DNA from: Lingula anatina
Taxonomy: Eukaryota; Animalia; Brachiopoda
Length of the DNA stretch: 64,000 nucleotides
NCBI GenBank assembly: GCA_051362555.1
Contig: CM120649.1
Location: 11,222,001-11,286,000, forward strand
Direction of reading: 5' to 3'
The notes beneath the pieces are model-generated. The model was not told the origin of the DNA. It saw nothing but the letters and a program-made list of their open reading frames with translations, and did no database searches. Positions 51,146-61,039 of this stretch are shown here, one piece after another. How positions within the stretch are numbered: the stretch's first letter is position 1; each line of letters begins with the position of its first letter. The translations under genes and the position numbers were made by a program.

Positions 51146-51424
51146 CAGTGGCAGATTTAGGGGGTGTCAGGGGGGGTCCTGACCCCCTTCGATTTCAGAA
51201 AAAAAAAACGCACCTAAGGTCCCCTCTTCAAATTGGAATTTTGACTAGCTGAATCATAGTTCTAAACCGTACCATATGGCACCGTTCGCCCTCTATAATA
51301 CCAAAAATGTTCGGGACCCGCTAAAGGGCCCTGAAACCCACGCCAAGGGGGGGGGTTTGAAGAGTCGGCTTCGCTTATGCGTACCCCCCCCCCCCCCATT
51401 CAAATAATCCTGGATCCGCCCCTG
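51146..51424. mobile_element. hAT-like MITE in the CEP19 5' intron
   Basis: CAGTGGCAGATTTAGG...CCTGGATCCGCCCCTG imperfect TIRs; flanks GAATA/AAATA. Confidence 0.7.
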
Positions 51425-51549
51425 AAATATGTGTTTCATGCATCACCACCCCTTACCTTTAAGTTATCAGTAACCAGCAAATGTTAAATCGATGTTTTTC
51501 TCTGACTTTAATCTACATAAAAAACAAATATGGTTTTAAAAAGTACTCA

Positions 51550-51923
51550 TATTTTGGTTCATTACTGGTACGGAGATGGTGTCAACGGAAATGCGTGTTA
51601 AAACATCCGCTAGGTGGCATTAGAAATACAAGAAAGGACAGTAACTTTTATATATAGGCCTAAGAAACAAGATGTGAAATACTGTTTTATGCGATTAAAC
51701 CAAGACAGTGGTCACATTGTGCTAAATTCTCAGCATACAGCGTTCGATTCTGTCCTAAAAAGAGAATGGTTTACGCAAAATTGGCATTTAACGCATGCGC
51801 TGTAAGCTCGCGCCAGTCTGTTTCAAGATGGTGGTCGCCGTGCAAGAAAACCGAGCCTAAAAACAATCAAATGTGAAAAGCGTCAATATACAACAAGCAA
51901 GGTTTTTTTCCGTTGGGTAGAAG
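51550..51923. promoter_or_regulatory. Probable CEP19/EMSY bidirectional promoter with EMSY non-coding first exon
   Basis: Divergent genes; locally CpG-richer. NRF1-like ACGCATGCGC at 51791-51800, YY1-like CAAGATGG near 51824 and ETS-like CGGAAAT near 51586. Donor AAG|GTAAGA at 51923/51924. Confidence 0.6.
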
Positions 51924-52375
51924 GTAAGATTATAAAAATAAGGTCAAGGATCCCCATTATCAAAGGCTGGCGAAGTGCTGTTAGGAAGTTCTTTGGCTTT
52001 TAATCCAAATATTTGTGGAGCCACACATCGGCTTTGTAGACAATGTGATGTTACATCTTTGAACTGTGTCACGTGTTTAAAACTTTGACGGATTTCTCCA
52101 TGATTTGGAATTATTATCATTTTTACCTATGTTTGTGTATCCAATTGTATCACTAACAATGAATTTCAAAAACATCGATAGAAAAAAAATGAAGAGTAAT
52201 ATGTAGTGACACAGTGACAATTAATGGTGAAATTCACCGGACTATTTTCACTCCCTAGCTGGTGCTAGCGAATAATAATAATAACAACAACAACAATAGG
52301 TTTTTAATATTCGGGAAGGTTACATGCTGTTCATTTTAAAATTGCAACATTAATTCCATAAACATTCAGGTCAGG

Positions 52376-53081
52376 ATGACGTTCTGGCCGCAGCTGTTAG
52401 ATCTGTCCAGAGATGAGTGTAAACGTATTTTGCGCCGCCTGGAACTGGAGGCCTACTCGAACCTGGTGTCTGCTTTCCGTGCACAAGGGGACCTCACCAA
52501 GGATAAGAAAAAACTGCTGCTAGACCTGCAGCAGTCGTTGAGGTAAGATGCAATCTTTGTGTGAAAGGTTCCCCCCCCCCAAAAAAAAAAAAAAAAAAAA
52601 AAAAAGTTAAGGGGGGAAATCTTTTGCAATTAAAGGTGATATTATTGTTGGCCTAAGACTTTTCAGATATGCATGAGGTTTTTAGTTTATTTTTCCAATC
52701 ATCTTTTAGGTGCATCCACTTTTATGTAGGTATTGCAGATTTAATCAGTGTTCATCTTGTTTGTTTATTAGTATCAGATTTGCACAGTTGCAGCTAAAAA
52801 AGACATTTCAACACTAGAACTGTCATGTTTAAAAATTTAAGCACTTTACCTATTCAAAATAGTTTCTGTACAGTTGTGTGATTTTTTTTTTTTTTTTTTT
52901 TTTTTTGTATTTAAAAAATAAATATTTAATTAATTATGTATTTTTAGCATTTCAACAGAACGGCACAGAGCTGAAGTCAGGAGAGCTGTAAATGATGAAA
53001 AACTGACAACAATTGCCGATTGGTATGTAATGGTCATTTTTATACCTGCTGACTTTAAAACAACTTTTTAATATGATTCTT

Positions 53082-53125
<44 letters not shown>

Positions 53126-55847
53126 AGTAGGACATACAAAACTTTTAGGTAATTCAAATCTAAAATATCTAAATTTTGAATTTACTGTTTTCTTATTCAG
53201 CATAGCATACATAACTTTTTAACTAAAAATGTATTCATAACACTGAAATTCCAACTGTTTTCCCATTCAGCATGTCTGGGCCCAACGTCAGTTCCGAGTG
53301 GTTGGTAGAGGGGAGGCGCTTGGTACCTCTAATGCCACGACTGGTGCCCCAGACTGCATTTACCCTGGCAGCCAATCACGCTGCTCAAGTACAAGCTGAG
53401 AAAAACGCCATGATGCCTCTGCCATCAGTCACAGGAAATAAAGATTGTAAGTTTTAGTTTCTAAGGAGTAGAAGTGAGAATGTAAAATATAGTGAATTAT
53501 TTAAAAAAATACTTTTAAGACAGTTAAAACATGTTTTTAACCAGTGAGGCACAATATTTCCACCCTCCATCCACTTGCTTTTATCACATGACTGACTCAT
53601 GTGTTCTTGATGAGAGGTGTAGTGTTGTAAGACTTTCCTTGCAAATGTTGGGAGTTAACTTTTTGTTGACCTTGTTATTCCAGTGAACAAAGCACCCAGC
53701 ACGCCAGTGCCACCTGGTGTGACAGTGGCAAAGATTAGCCAGGTGGCGCCACCAGACTCTCCACAGGTGGTCCCTGCCTCTGGTCCTGTGACCCCCACAC
53801 CAGTGGCCAGTGTCAAACAGCGTCCATCTAGTCCAGCGTCCAATGTGGTCGTCCTGCCCAGTGGGATGTCAATACACATTAAAGGTGGGGGATATGTCAA
53901 TATATTAATACATTTTGTTTTTTTAAAATCGGGTATGGTAATCACTTGATCTCTTCTGTGGGGGAAATTTGTGAATTTAACAAATTCTTTATTTTTTATG
54001 TCATAAATTCTGAAAAATAGAATAATCCTATTTAGTGATGGTAAGATAATGAAAATTAAAACAGGCTACCTTATACTTATTTTCTGTATACTCAAAGCAT
54101 TTGGTTATAAATACTAAATAGAAACATTTTTTTAATTGTCCCAAAATTATGTATTTGAAAGATTTTTAAATGAAGTAAGGACTTTTTGCATTGACAGGTT
54201 TGTCTTTATGAGTAGTAACATATAGTAAACGGAAAATGCAATTGAAAGTGAAAGCAATATGCAATCTACTCTTTTTGATGAGTGTCAAGTGAAAAATAAA
54301 CTTCTTGTCATTTCAGGGGGAATAAACACAGAAGAGGAAGATGAATTCCCTTCACGGAAACGCAAACGCAGCAATTCAGTGGAGGGGTTTCTTCCTCGCA
54401 CTGTCACCACGGTATCCCTGCCCACGCCCAAGGTGACATACACCACGACCTCCAGCTCCTCTAACACCATCCACGGTATTTCCCCCATGAAGATCACCAT
54501 CTCTAAGAGTCCACAGAAGATGCAGAACACTGTCACACCCTCACAGAAGGTAAATATGGGGAATGCGGTTTACTCGTAATCACTTGGATCCTTTCAATGT
54601 GGAAAAATTATCAATCTTTCAGAAACATAATTTGGGAGTCGTTTAAAATATAATTTTTGGTATTTATGGTGTTTTTACTGCATAGAAGTATAAGGTAGCC
54701 TACTTTTCAGTTTTTTAGCTACCACTCAAAGATAAATGTTCTAATTTCAAGATTTATGACTTGGAAAAATACCTTAGCTGTAAAATTCACAGTTTCCCCC
54801 CAAGAAAAGATCAAGTCATTACCAGACCATTAGGTAATATGTTGGACATTCATCTTTGTTGCTCTATGGTGTAAAATTTTTCATACAGGAATGCTGAGAA
54901 CAGTCAACAGGAATACTGTAACAGTTATAGGCACTGGATCAGGTGTTGAACATTTATATTAATTTTTTCTGAAAATTACAGCCAATTTTCATTTATCAGC
55001 ATACCATATCCAAAACTGTCTAGAAAATTTCTATCTATAAACCAGTCATGAGTTCTAAATTTTTTATCTTTACCTCCTGATGTGAAGACCACCAGTCTCT
55101 ATCTCCATTTTGAGTGGCTAAAACAATTAAAACCAGAACTCAACAGTTGTTTTTGTGATTGTAATTTTGGTGACAGTTTTGGATATGGCATACCTCAATG
55201 ACTTATTGTAGATTACTGAAATTATCAGGAAAAAAGTTTTAACACTAATTCCTTGACTCAAGTTAAAGCATTAAAAGATGGACTTCTCATCTGTATGTTT
55301 TAACCACTGTCCACTTCAGGTCATCCTAGTGTCCAGCTCTGGTCAGTCCAGCACCCCTAACATTCTCCAGAAGTCCATCACTGTGCCTATAATCAAGACG
55401 ACAGCTACCACAGCGACGGCAGCCATAGGATCGTACCCAAAGACTATTGTGTCTCCGGCTAGCTCCTCCACCATGGGGAGTATTGCCTCAGTGGTGTCTT
55501 CACAGGGTATGGTATAGATTTGTATTTAGGAATTATTATGATTTGATTCATTTAGTGTCAGTTTGAAATGCATTTTTCATTTTAAAATTCATATTTGAAT
55601 TTATGTTTACTTTGATTCACATTTGATGGCAATGGGATTTAAGTTTAAATCTAGTTAAACTTCATTCATTAAAAATTTACATTAAATTTTAATTGAAGTT
55701 AATATTGATCTGAAGTTTTGATTTATATTAAACTTTGATAAGGAAAGCAATTGGAGTTAATTTTCACTTCTTGAGGTCAACTCAGGGTCAGTTCTTACCA
55801 GGTTTAAGTCCCACCCTACACGTACAGTAGTGCACACTCACATGCTT

Positions 55848-55893
<46 letters not shown>

Positions 55894-58800
55894 GCATTCA
55901 CAGACATAGGGCTGTAATATGTGAGTTTTCCAGGCTCACACCCCAGTGGCTTGAGTATAACCAGACCAAGACCTTAGACCATACAAATGTCTATTATGTA
56001 CTCTATTTTCCAGGTTTCCATCCCAGTGGCTTGAGTATAACCAGACCAAGACCTAAGACCATACAAATGCGTAGTATGTACTCTATTTTGCAGGTTTCCA
56101 TCCCAGTGGCTTGAGTATAACCAGACCAAGACCTAAGACCATACAAATGCGTAGTATGTACTCTATTTTCCAGGTTTCCATCCCAGTGGCTTGAGTATAA
56201 CCAGACCAAGACCTAAGACCATACAAATGCGTAGTATGTACTCTATTTTCCAGGTTTCCACCCCAGTGGCTTGAGTATAACTAGACCCAAGACCTAAGAC
56301 CATAGTTACATATATGTAGTATGTACTTTATTTTCCAGGCTCACACCCTAGTGGCTTGAGTATAACCAGACCAAGACCTAAGACCATACAAATGCGTAGT
56401 ATGAACTCTATTTTCCAGGTTTCCATCCCAGTGGCTTGAGTATAACCAGACCAAGACCTAAGACCATACAAATGCGTAGTATGTACTCTATTTTCCAGGT
56501 TTCCATCCAAGTGGCTTGAGTATAACCAGACCAAGACCTAAGACCATACAAATGCGTAGTATGTACTCTATTTTCCAGGTTTCCACCCCAGTGGCTTGAG
56601 TATAACTAGACCCAAGACCTAAGACCATAGTTACATATATGTAGTATGTACTTTATTTTCCAGGCTCACACCCCAGTGGCTTGAGTATAACCAGACCAAG
56701 ACCTAAGACCATACAAACAAGGCCAAAAGTTCAACAGGTAGGGATAATTTTGTGACCTATGGAGCAGAAAAATTATGAAATACATTAATTTTTATTTATG
56801 TCAAATTGATGTCAGAATGTGACTTAATGTAAAGTATTTAGGTGTAACAGTATATCTTCACTGTTTGAATTGAACCAATTATTTTTATTAACCAAAATAT
56901 GAAATCTTGTTACCAACCAAAAAGGGACAGAATCTTTTATTCTAAACACACTCAGTCTGAAATGAGAGAATATATGATTCACCCAGTAGTGAGATAACAC
57001 ATTATAAGAGTAAAAATTCATATAATACTGGATGTAATGCAGCAACAAAATATTAAACTTTGACAAATAACTAAGTAATTTAAAATTAATAAATGGATAG
57101 ACTGACAGACATAAAAAAAACATCAAAGAATTTCCAGCTTAATAATCACAGATACGAAAGGAAGACCTCACTCTCTCTCTCTCTCTCTCTCTCTGATTTT
57201 CTCACTATCCGCAGGTTGGCAGTCATAAGCCAGGTATAGTAATCCCAATGTCTCCACAACAGCAGCCATCTCCACAGAGTGTCCCTGTACAGCTGAAGTC
57301 CATGGCCAAACCCACCATACAGATCAAACAGGAAGGAGGTATGACGCACCCTGAAGTTCATTAGTTTAAAGTGTCATTCATTTTGCCTTTGAGGGTGTGG
57401 AGGGGAGGGGGAGACCGGGGGGGGGGGGGGGAGCCAAACCCAATAAGATAAAGCAGGAAGGAGGTATGACAGATGGCAAAGATAAACTACATAAATTGAG
57501 ATATTCTTCCCATGTAGTCACACACTAGGTAGTGTAGTGAAAAGTACACCTCAGGCTCAAATTAGATAAGGTTTTAATAAATATATCTGACTGTGTTTTA
57601 GGCATGAAGATCATTGCTCACAGTGTGCTCTCTGCTGGCAGTAAGATAAACTACAGGGGCTTATAAATTAATATCTGTTTTCTAGGCATGAAGATCATCA
57701 CTCACAGTGTGCCCTCTGCAGGCAGTAAGATCCTCCCTAAGCCTCAGTTCGCCACTGGCGCCAGTGGGAACCAGGTGGTGGTGGTCACCAGTGGTGCTCA
57801 GAGCTCTCTGGCAGTGGTGACCAAAGCTTCAGTGGGCGTGGCAGGTTGGTATGCACATATGAGCACTAAGAGTTTGTTTGCGTGTCTTTGGGTATGCATG
57901 AGTGTGTGTGTGTATGTGTGTGTGTGTGTGTGTTCACAGAAAGCCTGAGAGTACAAATATGTGGAGTTTGAATCATTGCAATGTGTTTTGATGTAAAGAT
58001 AAAAAACAATGGATCCTTTATACAATAATTTATATGGTACAAAGAATTATAATTATAATAATTGTAATCTGTCCATTCCAGGCAGTCACAGTGTGCCCAG
58101 TAAAGTGTTGAATATCACCACTCAGGGAGGCAAGGTGATAGCAGCCTCAACATCACGCGGGGGCAGTGGCTCTCCTAATGTGGTCACCGTGAACCCCAAG
58201 ACACTACAGCTGACCTCGGTCAGAGCTGGGACCAGTAATTGTGAGTATTGACCACCAGACTGACCAAGGTTTATGTGACAGGTAGACTATGGATCAGTGG
58301 TTTGTTGGTGACAATAACACTTGAGAAGCATGAGTGGATACCACGCACACCTGTGACCTTGTTAACTAGTGGTTCAACTGACTTATATGGGCGGCGGTTT
58401 ATACAAAAATGCAAAACACGATTAGTCGTCATCGTTATCAGATCAGTCGAAATGAAAACACGATTAGTCGTCGTCGTTATCAGATCAGAAGGCAAAATAC
58501 GACTAGTAGTCGTCAAAACGCAACTAGTCATCAAAACGCGACTAGTCATCAAAACGCAACTAGTCATCATCAAAACGCAACTTGTCATCATCAAAACGCA
58601 ACTAGTCATCATCAAAACGCAACTTGTCATCAAAACGCGATTTGACGCCAGATGGCGCCCATTGTGCGAAAATCTAGGCCAAGTCACATGATCCACAGTG
58701 ATCAAAATGGCGGACGTTATTGAAGCAGCATTATCATATTCCTCGCTCGAACTCGAGAATTATCTCTACGCGTACAATCTAATAATGATATTATATATAT

Positions 58801-60674
58801 AATAATATCTGGAACTTGTGAAATGAGTACAACAATAAAGCAGTGCTTCACAAGTGTGTGTTTTTGTTTTTTTTAATTTATAACATGTCCAAATTATTTA
58901 ATAAATTATTTAATTATTTATTATTTCGAGAATTATCTCTACGCGTACAATCTAATAATGATATTATATATATAATAATATCTCGAACTCGAGATAATTC
59001 TCGAGTTCGAGCGAGGAATATGATAATGCTGTTCAATAACGTCCGCCATTTTGATCACTGTGGATCATGTGACTTGGCCTAGATTTTCGTACAATGGGCG
59101 CCATCTGGCGTCAAATCGCGTTTTGATGACAAGTTGCGTTTTGATGATGACTAGTTGCGTTTTGATGATGACAAGTTGCGTTTTGATGATGACTAGTTGC
59201 GTTTTGATGACTAGTTGCGCTTTGACGACTACTAGTCGTATTTTGCCTTCTGATCTGATAACGATGACGACTAATCGTGTTTTGCATTTTTGTATAAACC
59301 GCCGCCCATAGACTTATACTGTGTTCAATATTGAGAATGTTGTTGTGTACCTATAGCCACTAACTTGCAAAGTTTAACATAAATATCTGTATCTTTTGTT
59401 CTCAGCACACACCGTGGTGTAAATATTTAGAGTTTATTAAAAGTATACTCAGTTGTCATAATGACATAACTTATACATATGCACTGACCTCGTTTAGGAC
59501 AGTGACCTGTGTCACCTCTCTGATCCTCTTGTTTGAGTGGTTAATCTTTTGTTTATTTCCAGTCTCCACAGTGCAGAAGACTGTCTCTCAGGTGCCAGGG
59601 AAGCCCAATGTCATTGTGGTCCAGAAGGGGACGGCACGTGGGAGCTCCACCCCCTCCACACCTCCCATACAGATCAAGGTGCCCAACCAGGGAGCAACGG
59701 CCACAGCCAGTCCATTTGAGAAGGTAAAATTCCTAAATTTAATGTTACTTATGATTATTAATTAATTTGATATATTTATTTGGAAGGCTGTGACTCCTTA
59801 AATATGTTTGTTTTCGATCTAGGATGGTTCAGAATAGTAGGCCACTTTGGCATTAGATTGCTGCTTTCATTAAAGAAATGATAATGAGAAAGCCTAAGTT
59901 TACAAACCTTACTTTAACCATTTCACTCACTTGACCCTAGCCAGAAAACTGACCAATGTTGAGTTAGAGTATTAATATAAAAATGGCAGATGACAGTGAC
60001 AAAAAAATAAATTTTCACATTGTTTACAAGTTTGTTATTATTTACCTTTATTTTTTTATTTTCTCAATAAAATGAAGTCAATTACCATTCTACAGGTTAA
60101 CAGACTACAGGCCGTATACTAAAAAAAAAGTTATTATTGAATAATCCTGGTAGGATAAACAATTTATATTAGGTTGATGAATGAAATATAACATAATGGG
60201 AAATATAATGCAGTGTGGTTTATGTGGTAGGTGAATTGGGGAAATTTATGAGTGAATAGAAAGTAGAATATGTGACAGAAAATGTGCTTGGTTGATTTCT
60301 GGTCTGGTTGCTTGGTTGATTTATTGACCAGTTGGTTTGTTGAAACAATTTTGTAGTGTTGAAGTTTTGGTAACAGGGATCTTTTTCTCGTCAGGAATTT
60401 GGAACTTTCCTCAATAAACAAGACGTCCAGCGTCAGACCTCATGGCCTCAGAAGGTCAGCATTCGTGTGCAGGACACTCGTGCCAGTGAAACAAGACAGG
60501 ACACCACCAAAGCAGAGCTAGTGCGTTCAGATTCTGAGCCATCAGGGCGGTCCTCCATTCTGGCTGAGCTAATACAGGCAGTGGGTATTGGGCCAGACTC
60601 AGGGTCTGGGTCTAATTCTGGGAGAGCAACACCTGTTGGGGAGGAGGGGTTTCAGGCAGTTTCACAGCAAAAAG
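52376..60674 (+). CDS. EMSY: BRCA2-interacting transcriptional repressor EMSY (ENT domain), 3'-incomplete
   Basis: Exons 52376-52542, 52948-53022, 53271-53446, 53684-53884, 54317-54549, 55320-55506, 56664-56737, 57215-57338, 57686-57844, 58082-58240, 59563-59723 and 60395-60674 are in phase. The N-terminus MTFWPQLLDLSRDECKRILRRLELEAY..AQGDLTK..SISTERHRAEVRRAVNDE..MSGPN..EGRRLVPLMPRLVPQTAFT is the EMSY ENT domain. No stop codon is reached. Confidence 0.95.
55925..56715 (+). repeat. 80/85-bp minisatellite derived from an EMSY acceptor and exon start, 10 units
   Basis: Post-CAG unit starts at 55934, 56014, 56094, 56174, 56254, 56339, 56419, 56499, 56579 and 56664. The last unit continues into the constitutive exon. 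Confidence 0.95.
58386..59310. mobile_element. Foldback element with TATGG termini and a 6-bp target duplication (IS3EU-like, non-autonomous)
   Basis: TATGGGCGGCGGTTTATAC...GTATAAACCGCCGCCCATA, with GACTTA at 58380-58385 and 59311-59316. Inverted arms are about 58386-58765 and 58991-59310 and contain 18-21-bp GTCATCAAAACGCAACT repeats. Confidence 0.88.
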
Positions 60675-61039
60675 GTAAGGGGAGCTGCAGAGTTAAAAAA
60701 AAAAGTTTAGTCATTCATCTTTGTGATCTTTGTCATCAAGTGATAACCATTTTATAGGTTCTCAGAATTTTTTTTTTTTTTTACCTACTTGCACTTTGAG
60801 CAGGTAGGGCCTAGACGAGTTGCAGCTCAAAGCAGAAACAGTAAACAGAAACATTATTATATCTAGATTTTACTGGCAGTTGATGTAACGCCAGTGTTGG
60901 TTGCTAACCAAAGATAGGATTTTGTTGAGGAATTTTTTATGAAAATAAAATCAAGAATGAAAAAGAAAAAGGAAAAAAGATAAATCATGTCACAGCTTTA
61001 GTAAGATAAGGTTTAGATAAAGTCTGTCAGTCAATATAA

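Noticed and set aside
55925-56715. CRISPR-like appearance of the regular 80-bp repeats
   Set aside because: There are no unique spacers and no cas genes, the context is a eukaryotic intron, and the unit derives from an EMSY exon.
58248-59311. Repetitive ORFs (IKTQLV, MTSCVL and HQNATS repeats)
   Set aside because: They are translations of the minisatellite in the foldback arms and appear mirrored on both strands.
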